From IMG/VR virus record IMGVR_UViG_3300048041_000040, positions 1-52,221 of that record: a DNA stretch of 52,221 bases; one strand, 5' to 3'. A program made the position numbers and the translations under genes. Source of the stretch: a virus. Its lineage: Duplodnaviria; Caudoviricetes. The notes below the pieces were generated by a model, which was not told the origin of the DNA, made no database searches, and saw only the letters and a program-made list of their open reading frames with translations. Positions 36,816 to 45,239 of this stretch are shown here, piece after piece. The stretch's first letter is position 1. The number at the start of each line of letters is the position of its first letter.

Positions 36816-37685
36816 ATGAGTAATTTCTACACCCTAATAAACGAAGCGATAGCCGACATCGAAGCGCACGGCTATGATTCGCAGCAGCGTGTCGACGGGT
36901 GGATGCAGCGCATCGAGGCGGCCGCCCGCGCTGCCATGTTGCCCGAATCGTCTGTCCAGAACGCCCTTGCCAACGCGTTAACCGGTATCTGGCGCCGTCA
37001 GGTCGAGCGCGGTATCGTGCTCAAGAATCACCCCGGCATCAGCCGTTTCAGCCTGGAGCACATCAAACCGATGCTACGGGCGGACCTTGATCGGCGCATC
37101 ATGGCGAGCGCGCAACTGATACGATTGAACCGTCAGCAGAGTATCGCCAAGACGTTGCAGCGTTTCAGCGGGTGGGCCACATCGATACCGGCCGGCGGGT
37201 CGAACGCCGTCGACAAGCCCGAGGTGAAAGAGGATCTTAAGAAGGCGTTACGTTCCCTGCCGTACGAGGAACGGCGTGTCGCGATCGATCAGGGGCATAA
37301 GCTTGTGGCCACGATCAACGATGTGCTGGCCGTCGATGGCGGGGCGATCGCGGCGGAATGGCACAGTAATTTCCGGCAACCCGGATACGACGCGCGGCCC
37401 GATCACAAGGAACGGGACGGCGGCGTGTACCTGATACGCGGCAACTGGGCGAGCGCGCAAGGGCTGGTAAAGCCCGGCCCGGCCGGATGGTCGGACGCGA
37501 TTACGCAGCCGGCGGAGGAACCGTTCTGCCGGTGTCAATATCACTACGTCTACTCGTTGCGTCGCCTGCCCGAGGACATGCTCACGGCGAAGGGGCGGGC
37601 GAGTCTGCAGGCAGGAACGGCACGCACTCGCCGGTCAGAACCGTATTCAACGGTTGCCACAGCCAGAAACCCATCAGGATATTAG
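36816..37685 (+). CDS. Head morphogenesis protein (SPP1 gp7/MuF-like)
   Basis: IDQGHK, W.S....ARPDH.ERDG, PAEEPFCRC motifs; follows the portal. Confidence 0.88.
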   Translation: MSNFYTLINEAIADIEAHGYDSQQRVDGWMQRIEAAARAAMLPESSVQNALANALTGIWRRQVERGIVLKNHPGISRFSLEHIKPMLRADLDRRIMASAQLIRLNRQQSIAKTLQRFSGWATSIPAGGSNAVDKPEVKEDLKKALRSLPYEERRVAIDQGHKLVATINDVLAVDGGAIAAEWHSNFRQPGYDARPDHKERDGGVYLIRGNWASAQGLVKPGPAGWSDAITQPAEEPFCRCQYHYVYSLRRLPEDMLTAKGRASLQAGTARTRRSEPYSTVATARNPSGY

Positions 37686-37884
37686 GCGACGAGCGCACCT
37701 GCCCCGCGAGCTCAAGCGCGCGTAGCAGATACGCGTCTTTTTGCGCCGTCGTTACGTGTGAGGCGTACCGGTCTTGAACCCGTACCGCGTGCGCGTTTCG
37801 TTCCATCTCGTCGGCTACCTGGTGCAGCGCGGCGGTCAATCGTTCGCCTTCGACGACCTCGCCGGTATGCGTGCGGAATCTCAT
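37582..37884 (-). CDS. Hypothetical protein
   Basis: ATGA coupling; GFWLWQ.LN..LTGECV.FLP motif; overlaps the 3' end of the MuF gene. Confidence 0.65.
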   Translation of the reverse strand: MRFRTHTGEVVEGERLTAALHQVADEMERNAHAVRVQDRYASHVTTAQKDAYLLRALELAGQVRSSPNILMGFWLWQPLNTVLTGECVPFLPADSPAPSP

Positions 37885-38132
37885 ACTTCATCCGGCACAG
37901 TAAGCACGGTCGCCCCGAACCGTTCGGTAAATTCACGCTGTACCGCCTTGGGCGCCCGCTTCAGTTCGGCGGCGTTCTGGTCTTCCAACAGCGCGAAAAG
38001 CTCGTCGGCAAGCGCCTTGTGCCCTTGCGCTTCCAGCACACCGGACAGCCGCGCGACGAACGAACCGGCCCGTTCGTTATCGTTCGCGGCAAGTTTTACC
38101 TGCTCGCGGAGGACTTCGGTCCAGTGTTTCAT
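37881..38132 (-). CDS. Hypothetical protein
   Basis: SD CAGGAG before MKHWTE. Confidence 0.65.
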   Translation of the reverse strand: MKHWTEVLREQVKLAANDNERAGSFVARLSGVLEAQGHKALADELFALLEDQNAAELKRAPKAVQREFTERFGATVLTVPDEV

Positions 38133-38179
38133 GGTTTGATCTCCTGCCCCCGAGGCCCGAGGCGCGGCGTTTGATAGGG

Positions 38180-38596
38180 TTATTCGCCGCGTGGTGGCGT
38201 CTCGAATTTTAGCGACAAAGGGAGTTCTATCGGGTCGGAAAGTACGTACCGCCCGGTTACGCCGCCAATCGTGAAAGGTAGTGTGCAACGCAGAAAGCGG
38301 CCGAATTCATCACAAATCGCCAGACGCGACCCGGCGAGGGGGCCGTCAACGCAATAGTGCAGCGAGTACGTCGGCTCGGAGATCGCGTTCGGTTTGACGT
38401 GGGAGGGAAACACTGGTGGCTGGTTCGGCTTGAAAACGAAGGGTTTCGGCGGGTTGATCGGTTTGGCCCATACCGGAACTTTCGCCGCGAGCTTTTTCGC
38501 GTCCATCGTTTTGAGCCGTTCGAACAAGGCGATCTCGTTTTCATCAAACGGTTCCTCGCGCATTGCGCACTCTTCGGCTTGCTTTGGTCGGGCCAT
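38180..38596 (-). CDS. Hypothetical protein
   Basis: SD GGAG; MARPK start; first gene after promoter copy 2. Confidence 0.6.
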   Translation of the reverse strand: MARPKQAEECAMREEPFDENEIALFERLKTMDAKKLAAKVPVWAKPINPPKPFVFKPNQPPVFPSHVKPNAISEPTYSLHYCVDGPLAGSRLAICDEFGRFLRCTLPFTIGGVTGRYVLSDPIELPLSLKFETPPRGE

Positions 38597-38628
38597 TTTC
38601 GTTTCTCCGTTGCGTTGTTGATGTACAT

Positions 38629-38660
38629 ACTTTAGTGGAATAATTCCACCGTGTCAAGCG
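38629..38660 (-). promoter_or_regulatory. Leftward sigma70 promoter with palindromic spacer (copy 2)
   Basis: Minus strand TTGACA-17 nt-TAAAGT; 30 of 32 nt identical to 18606-18637. Confidence 0.85.
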
Positions 38661-38688
38661 ACATTTCGCGTGGTATGATTCCAACACT

Positions 38689-39957
38689 ATGCCCGATCCT
38701 ACCGAACTAGACATTGCCCGATTGATCGCAGCCGGCGAACTCCCCAGCCCGCAACGAGTGTTCAACATGTCGTTGTTCGCGATCCGGATCACCGGCACCG
38801 GCACGGCGTACCGCTCACGCGACAAACAGTTTACGTTCCGGCCGCCCGAGCATTACCTGAACGACGAGTTCCTGGCGCGCTGCAACGGCCTGCCAGTGAT
38901 CTACGAACACCCCGAAAAAGCCACGCTCGACAGCGAGGAATACGCCGACCGGAACGTCGGAACGATCCTGCTCCCGTACATCCAGGGCGACGAGGTTTGG
39001 GGCGTGGCCAAGATATTCGATGACAACGCAATCGAGGAAATGAGCGACCCGGATAAAAAAATGTCCACGTCGCCTACAGTTTGGTTTCGCAATTTGGAAG
39101 ATAACGTTATAATTGAACTTGACAACGGCTCACCGATACTGATAGAAGGTATCCCTAGTATCCTAGACCACGTGGCCGTTTGCCCGTACGGTGTGTGGGA
39201 TAAAGGCGGCGAACCGGCTGGTGTACTGAACAATTCACTTGGAGCGACGGACATGACCGAAGATGAAATGAAAGCAAAATGCGATGCGTTCGAAGCCAAG
39301 GCCAAGGCCGACGCTGCCGAGTTTGAAAAGAAAATTGCAGACATGCAAGCCAAAATGGACACGATGATGCCTCCTGTTGCGGCTGCAGCGGACGCCGAGG
39401 AAGCGGAAAAGAAGGCGAAAGCCGACGCCGAGGAAGCGGAAAAGAAGGCGAAAGCCGACGCCGAGGAAGCGGAAAAGAAGGCGAAAGCCGACGCCGACGT
39501 TCGCGCTCTCCGTCAGGAAGTCGCTACGATGCGCGCCGGACTGAACCTGACCGACGCGGATCGCGCCAAGATCGCCGACGCTCAAATGAAGGGCGATTCA
39601 CTGGCCCGCGCATTCGGCGACAGCGCCCCGGCCCCTACGCTGGGCGAATCCTGCCTCGCGTACCGTCGTCGCCTGGTCGGCAAGTTCAAAGAACATTCTC
39701 CCGCCTGGAAGTCGGTCGACATGGCCGCTATCAGCGACGCCGCGCTCGACGTGGTGGAACAACAAGTTTTCGCCGACGCGCAAACCGCGTCCCGCAACCC
39801 TGCGACCGTTACGGGTGGCCTGCGCGAGATCAAGCGCACCGGCCCGGGCGGCCATCAGATCAGCGAGTTCGTCGGCTCGATCAGCGAATATACCCGGATG
39901 CACAAACCGCCTGTTCGCCAGTTTGGCGCGATGCGCAAGGGCGTCGTCCAGAATTAA
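38689..39957 (+). CDS. Prohead protease (DUF2213-like) fused to scaffold
   Basis: GLPVIYEHP, STSP, DHVAVC..GVWDKGG; charged C-terminus; internal SD GGAG plus in-frame ATG at 39253. Confidence 0.88.
   Translation: MPDPTELDIARLIAAGELPSPQRVFNMSLFAIRITGTGTAYRSRDKQFTFRPPEHYLNDEFLARCNGLPVIYEHPEKATLDSEEYADRNVGTILLPYIQGDEVWGVAKIFDDNAIEEMSDPDKKMSTSPTVWFRNLEDNVIIELDNGSPILIEGIPSILDHVAVCPYGVWDKGGEPAGVLNNSLGATDMTEDEMKAKCDAFEAKAKADAAEFEKKIADMQAKMDTMMPPVAAAADAEEAEKKAKADAEEAEKKAKADAEEAEKKAKADADVRALRQEVATMRAGLNLTDADRAKIADAQMKGDSLARAFGDSAPAPTLGESCLAYRRRLVGKFKEHSPAWKSVDMAAISDAALDVVEQQVFADAQTASRNPATVTGGLREIKRTGPGGHQISEFVGSISEYTRMHKPPVRQFGAMRKGVVQN
39391..39497. repeat. 33-bp x3 perfect coding repeat (DAEEAEKKAKA) in the scaffold
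   Basis: GACGCCGAGGAAGCGGAAAAGAAGGCGAAAGCC at 39391, 39424, 39457. Confidence 0.92.
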
Positions 39958-39973
39958 ACCCACAGATCAACCC

Positions 39974-39994
39974 TAACGCCGCGAGGCGCTGGAG
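39974..39994 (+). promoter_or_regulatory. Hairpin-plus-SD leader motif TAACGCC-GCGA-GGCGCTGGAG (also at 40931-40952 and 44829-44849)
   Basis: Near-identical motif before three structural genes. Confidence 0.75.
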
Positions 39995-40002
39995 AACGCA
40001 AG

Positions 40003-40893
40003 ATGACCACACCTAATATCGCAATCAACCCGATGCAAACGACCAACGCGGCCGGCCTGTTTGGCGTTACCTCCGATGGCTTTACGCAGGGCGTTGCACA
40101 CGACGACCCGGCGGTACGGTTCCAACTCGCGGGCGGGTACCTCGCCACGACGGAAACCCTGCCGATGTGGGGCGGCGTGGCAATCAGCGAAACCTTGCCG
40201 CTCGTGACCGTCACGGGTAACGCCGGCAACTCGATTACCCGCGCCGCGAACAACGCCGGCATTACGGGTTTCTCGGTATTCAATCAGGCGCACAACGCGA
40301 TCAACACGCCGCAAAGCCCGGTCCCGCTCTTGTCGGGCAACATGACGGTGAACTTCTACCGCCTGGGCAGCCTGGCGCGTATCCCCCTCGCCGCTGATCC
40401 CTCGCTCGTCGCCTCGCTGGCGTCGGGCCTGATCAATCAGCAAGTGAGCTGGGATTTCAACAATCAACGTCTACAGCCCTACGATGCTTCGACCGCGACA
40501 TATTCGGTTACCTCGATAACGTCCAGCTACTCATCTACCACAGGCCTGTATACGATGGTCGTCGTAATGGCGGTTGCCTCGCTAGTCGGCGCCGTCGGCG
40601 ATACGATCAATATCAGCGGTGTGACCGGTACGGGCGCCGCGCTGGTCAACGGCAATCAAACCGTCACGGCCTACACCGACAACGAGCATTTCACTTTCCA
40701 GATCGCCGCCGCATCGGGCGCTATCGCCACGGGCGCCCTGACTGGGACGATCGTGTTGAACGCCGGCACTGGCGCGCTGGCTTGCAAAATCCTGCAACTT
40801 GGCAACGGCAATAGCCGCACCGTCAGCTACAACACGGTGACGCAGCAAGCGACCTGGGTCAACAACGGTTCGTGCATCTTGGTGCAGATTTAA
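40003..40893 (+). CDS. Capsid decoration/cement protein with FCCH-like insertion
   Basis: DDPA.RF.LAGG, PMWGGVAISE, VSWDF; lies between protease and MCP. Confidence 0.75.
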   Translation: MTTPNIAINPMQTTNAAGLFGVTSDGFTQGVAHDDPAVRFQLAGGYLATTETLPMWGGVAISETLPLVTVTGNAGNSITRAANNAGITGFSVFNQAHNAINTPQSPVPLLSGNMTVNFYRLGSLARIPLAADPSLVASLASGLINQQVSWDFNNQRLQPYDASTATYSVTSITSSYSSTTGLYTMVVVMAVASLVGAVGDTINISGVTGTGAALVNGNQTVTAYTDNEHFTFQIAAASGAIATGALTGTIVLNAGTGALACKILQLGNGNSRTVSYNTVTQQATWVNNGSCILVQI

Positions 40894-40960
40894 CGCGTAT
40901 CGTCGTGAGACGCCCGCACTTGTCTTAACTTAACGCCGCGATGGCGCTGGAGATCGAAAA

Positions 40961-41983
40961 ATGGCCGCATTAACACCTAGCTTTGTGCGCGTATCGCCGT
41001 CCTACGTGATGCCGGAATGGATTTTGCAGTATCAACAGGCCTCTGGCGCGTTTGAATTGCTGGCCGGCGGCGACCCGATGGTGCGCTTGTCGGAAGGCGA
41101 TCAGTACGTATACGGCAAAACACTGTACCTGAAAACGAAAGTCGCAACGGGCCAAGCCGCGTTCAACATGCTGCCTTCGGTCTCAATGGAAGCTGCGCAG
41201 ATCAGCACGCCGACGTACCTTATGCGCGCCCGCGCCGAATACGACCACCACGATACGGCCGCCGCAGGAAACTGGGGCTTGCCGATTGATGAAGCGTTCC
41301 GCCTGGGCATGCGTCAAGGCATTTTCCAGGGCTTGCGCGACTTCGAGCTGTACGGTGTCAATCCGCAACTCGGAGAGGGCTTGACTAACTCGGCCGGCGC
41401 CACGAGCGTATCGCTCCCGCCCGACTCGAATGGCAATACCACACTGGTCACATATGACAACGGCCAGCTCGCAATTTACATGCTCGGCATCGTGCAACAG
41501 CTCAAGACGCGCACGAATCAATTCGGCATGGCCTCCCGCGTGGTCATTACCGCGCCTCAGCGCGTGCTGGGTACGATGGACTATCAAAACGTCGTGCAGC
41601 TCACGCAGTATCAACGCGAGGGCGCCGGTTCTTCGACCACGCTCAAGATGCTGCAAGACGTGGTCGAGCGCAACGGCGATACGATCGAATGGACGTATGA
41701 CGACACGCTGATCGGCAAGGGCGCCGGCGGCAACGATCTCGTTATCGTCACCGTGCCAGAGATTAAGAAGCCAATCGGCGGCCAGATCAACACGAACGAA
41801 TTTGCCGGCCTCGCGCCTGGCCTGAACGCCTGCAACGTGCAATTGTGCGACATGGCCGCGCCGCGTGAGATCCGCACGCCGTTGCCTGGCGGCGCGATCG
41901 ACATCGTTGCCGAGCTGCGCGCAACACCGGGCTGGACCTTGCGCCCGGAAGCGTTAACGCTGTTCAGTATCCAATACCAGTAA
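40961..41983 (+). CDS. Major capsid protein
   Basis: 340 aa; LYG....EGL.N HK97-type motif; position and strong SD. Confidence 0.88.
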   Translation: MAALTPSFVRVSPSYVMPEWILQYQQASGAFELLAGGDPMVRLSEGDQYVYGKTLYLKTKVATGQAAFNMLPSVSMEAAQISTPTYLMRARAEYDHHDTAAAGNWGLPIDEAFRLGMRQGIFQGLRDFELYGVNPQLGEGLTNSAGATSVSLPPDSNGNTTLVTYDNGQLAIYMLGIVQQLKTRTNQFGMASRVVITAPQRVLGTMDYQNVVQLTQYQREGAGSSTTLKMLQDVVERNGDTIEWTYDDTLIGKGAGGNDLVIVTVPEIKKPIGGQINTNEFAGLAPGLNACNVQLCDMAAPREIRTPLPGGAIDIVAELRATPGWTLRPEALTLFSIQYQ

Positions 41984-42068
41984 CATCGACTCCCCTAGCG
42001 GTGGTGCAGGTATCTTGGGGGGCCGGCGCGAGTCGGCCCTCATCGTTTCTAGGGGAAACTAGGGGAAT

Positions 42069-42590
42069 ATGATGGCGAAATTGTACGTAATGAATTGCAA
42101 GACGCAGGACGAAGTATTCTCGTACCGCGTACCCGAGTCAGGGCAACTGATCAATCAAACGATCCCGCGCGGCGGCCAGATCCAAGCCTACCGGGACGAA
42201 ACGGAAACCGTACTGCGCATGATTGCCGGGCAGCACAAGGCGTACGGCATGGTTGAAGCATGCGACGTCGACCGGACCAAGCCGTTTATCAATCTGGCGT
42301 TTCAGCTCGACAAGCCGTTCACGCCGGACCAGATCATGTACGGCCTGCAGCACAATACTGACGTCTTGACCGACCGGGGCGAGGAACAGCGCACAGCCGC
42401 AGCCGTGGCAATCGGTGATATTCTCGACAAGGCAGCCACGACGAACGGCACCGTCCGATCGATGGAATTGCAGATCGAGGACCAGACGCGCAACGGCGAC
42501 CCGACGATCAACGAGCGTATCGTCGTGGATAAAAGTCCGAACCTGTTCGGGTCGGACCGCAAGGGCAAGAACAAGCGCAAAGGGGTTTAA
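42069..42590 (+). CDS. Conserved head-associated protein
   Basis: KLYV.NC..Q..F.YR.PE; follows MCP. Confidence 0.65.
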   Translation: MMAKLYVMNCKTQDEVFSYRVPESGQLINQTIPRGGQIQAYRDETETVLRMIAGQHKAYGMVEACDVDRTKPFINLAFQLDKPFTPDQIMYGLQHNTDVLTDRGEEQRTAAAVAIGDILDKAATTNGTVRSMELQIEDQTRNGDPTINERIVVDKSPNLFGSDRKGKNKRKGV

Positions 42591-42593
42591 GCC

Positions 42594-43268
42594 GTGCCAA
42601 CACTAACCGGGTTTATCGCGTGGATTCGTGCCGTTATGGGGGTACCCGCCTCATACCTGCCGGATCCCGCGCCGGCCATCACGACGGCGTACAATGTCGC
42701 CGTATCGCTGGCGAACCGGCAAGTGTCGTGCATCGACCCGAGCATCTACACGCTCATGGTGTACAACCTGGGCGGCGATAATCTGGTCAATTACGCGCCG
42801 GATATCTACGCAGCGATCACCGGCATCACATGGACGACGGGTACCGCGACGGCCACAACGGCGGCAGCGCATGGGTTCAGTACGGGCGACGTTGTGCTCA
42901 TCTACGGGAACGCGCCGCTGGGATACAACAGTCAACCAGGCCCGGCTCAAACCTCGCTCGGCACGCCGATCGTTGTCACGGGCGCGTCAACGTTTACCTA
43001 CGCCGTGTCGGCGAACCCTGGCACGTTCTCGCAGGGCGGCACGGCGTCGGAAACGTTTTTTGCTACGTTGCGCAAGCAGTACAACATCGGCGGGTTCGTG
43101 GCCGGCGTGATCAGCGCCAGCAACGACGAGTCGACCGGTGAATCGATCCTGAATCCCGAGTTTATGAAGACACTGACGCTGGGGAACCTGCAGAATCTTA
43201 AAACGCCATGGGGCCGGCAATACCTCGCGTTCGCGCAGGATTTTGGTTCCGTGTGGGGCATATCGTGA
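42594..43268 (+). CDS. Head-tail adaptor (DUF4054-like) with FCCH-like insertion
   Basis: C-terminal TPWGRQYL; G.ISA.NDEST motif. Confidence 0.75.
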   Translation: MPTLTGFIAWIRAVMGVPASYLPDPAPAITTAYNVAVSLANRQVSCIDPSIYTLMVYNLGGDNLVNYAPDIYAAITGITWTTGTATATTAAAHGFSTGDVVLIYGNAPLGYNSQPGPAQTSLGTPIVVTGASTFTYAVSANPGTFSQGGTASETFFATLRKQYNIGGFVAGVISASNDESTGESILNPEFMKTLTLGNLQNLKTPWGRQYLAFAQDFGSVWGIS

Positions 43269-43456
43269 ACGAGCGCAAGGTCATCAACGGCCATGTGGCC
43301 GTGGTCGCAATATGCCGGGCGCTCGACGTAGACCCTTCGGCCGTCAGCGAAATCGTCATAACGGTAAAGCGGAATATGGTGGAAGCCGAGATACGGCGGT
43401 TCGTGTTTACCGACGAAGCCGAGAAACTGGCGGCGGCGCTAAAGGTGAAATCTTGA
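43265..43456 (+). CDS. 63-aa hypothetical protein
   Basis: GTGA/TTGA couplings; ICRALDVDPSAVSEIVI. Confidence 0.55.
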   Translation: MNERKVINGHVAVVAICRALDVDPSAVSEIVITVKRNMVEAEIRRFVFTDEAEKLAAALKVKS

Positions 43457-43911
43457 TATTGCACCTCGGCGTAGTCGAAATCCCGTATGCCGCCGAGGGC
43501 GGCACGAGCACGGGCGATGTGGCGGAAATCCTCGAAGAACGGTACTCGGTCATGGGCAACTTTGCCGACTTGCACCACGACGAAATTCAGGAACTGGTCG
43601 AAATTGCGTTTTCCGAGGCAATCGAGAACGTCCTAGCGGGCCAGCCCGCGCAGATCGCCAAGCCCATGAACCAGGCCGCCGACGACATCAAAAACTTGTT
43701 CACGACATATCTTAACGACGAGGAAATCGCCGGGACCGGGCAAGAGGGCGTACCGACGCAGGCGGCAAAGGACGGCGTGCGCTCCTCCCTGAAAAACAAG
43801 AAAGAGATCAAAAAGATCAAAGATTACAAGAGCCGGGTACGCGGCGTGCGTCGTCCGTCGTTCATCGACACGGGCCTGTACCGTAACGCGTTCATTGCTT
43901 GGGCCGACTGA
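43453..43911 (+). CDS. Neck / tail completion protein
   Basis: LHLGV..IPY..TGDVAEILE.RY; C-terminal RPSFIDTGLY; TTG start inferred. Confidence 0.7.
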   Translation: MILHLGVVEIPYAAEGGTSTGDVAEILEERYSVMGNFADLHHDEIQELVEIAFSEAIENVLAGQPAQIAKPMNQAADDIKNLFTTYLNDEEIAGTGQEGVPTQAAKDGVRSSLKNKKEIKKIKDYKSRVRGVRRPSFIDTGLYRNAFIAWAD

Positions 43912-44822
43912 TGAACCCGCTCAACGCCGCGCAGATCGCCGGCACCGAAACGATTTCCCAAAACCAGACGGTCGAGTTCTTGGAATACTCGCGCCAGGTG
44001 CTACCGTTGGACGGCTACATTTTCTGGCTGAAGACCGGCCGGTCGCTGGTCGCTTCGGGTTCGTTACATGTGGCCAAGACGCTTGAACAACGGGAAGACG
44101 AAACGCTCGGCATCAGCCGCGTTGTATTTACCGCCGAACAGCAGATTCAGGATTTTGACGCGCTGCAACCCGGCACGATGTATATCGGCTCAATCGGCGA
44201 AATCCGGTTCGCGTTTTCCAGCAGCAAGAATTTCTACCAGCAGGCCGGACAGTATCACTACATGGGTGAGGCGGTCTACCCAGCAATGGCCACGCAGATT
44301 GTGGACGACCCGACGACGCTCGATCTGTCCGACGTCATCGTGTCGAACAGCCTACCCCTGTGGTTATCCTTGTCGAGCGCGACCGTGTTCGGCCAAACCG
44401 CCCCGACCTTTCCGATATACCCGTCGTTCCTCATACCACAAGACGCCGTTCCGCCGTACGTCGGAGTGCATATCGGAGACACGGATACCGAGGCGATCCA
44501 GTCGGCGCCGTCATTTGACTATGAGGATTCGCACTTCCAACTCTGTAAAGACCGGGTGAAGATCACGCTTTACGGCTTGCGAAACGATGCGGTGCTTGAT
44601 TTTCAGGATTTTGTATTCCAGTATACGTTAGATACTGGTAATATGGGAATTATGAATATGCCCGTAGTCCGCGATGAAAAACGGACGCAGCGCGAAATGG
44701 GCATTATCGCGCAAAAGAAGAGTTTCGTATTTGATGTGAATTATTATCAATCTCGGGTTCGGGAAATCGGGCGCCAGTTGATATTAGAATCGATCCAGAC
44801 GTATCTGCCGAACACTTTGTAG
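43911..44822 (+). CDS. Head closure / tail terminator-like neck protein
   Basis: VLPLDGYIFW, GSLH, PPY..VHI, VRD.KR.Q.E motifs; position. Confidence 0.65.
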   Translation: MNPLNAAQIAGTETISQNQTVEFLEYSRQVLPLDGYIFWLKTGRSLVASGSLHVAKTLEQREDETLGISRVVFTAEQQIQDFDALQPGTMYIGSIGEIRFAFSSSKNFYQQAGQYHYMGEAVYPAMATQIVDDPTTLDLSDVIVSNSLPLWLSLSSATVFGQTAPTFPIYPSFLIPQDAVPPYVGVHIGDTDTEAIQSAPSFDYEDSHFQLCKDRVKITLYGLRNDAVLDFQDFVFQYTLDTGNMGIMNMPVVRDEKRTQREMGIIAQKKSFVFDVNYYQSRVREIGRQLILESIQTYLPNTL

Positions 44823-44855
44823 AACCCTTAACGCCGCGAGGCGCTGGAGTTAAAA

Positions 44856-45230
44856 ATGCCGCAAAACCCACTCGCTGCAACGATCGCGACGAATCCGTCG
44901 AATCAACAAGCCCCCGCAAAACTCAATTCCGTTGGCGAGCTGCTGGTCAACAGCCTGCCCGCGCTTACCGCGCTGGACATCACGGCCGCCACCGTCGTCA
45001 AGGCATCGCCGGGCCGCGTAGGAACGTGCTCGGTGATAGTAGGCGGCACGGGCGTCGGCAGCATCAACGACTGTTTGACCACGGCGCAAGTCAACGTAAC
45101 GAATCAGATCGCGGTCATCCCGGTTTTGACTACCGCTCAAATCGGCGTGTTCAAGATCGACATGAATGGCTTGACGGGCATCGTGGTCGCGCCCGGCACC
45201 GGCCAAACCGTTGCAATCAGCTACGAATAA
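44856..45230 (+). CDS. Small beta-rich virion (decoration-like) protein
   Basis: ITAATVVKASPGRV..GIVV.PG.GQ.VAISY; has the hairpin-SD leader. Confidence 0.65.
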   Translation: MPQNPLAATIATNPSNQQAPAKLNSVGELLVNSLPALTALDITAATVVKASPGRVGTCSVIVGGTGVGSINDCLTTAQVNVTNQIAVIPVLTTAQIGVFKIDMNGLTGIVVAPGTGQTVAISYE

Positions 45231-45239
45231 GGCGGCGAC

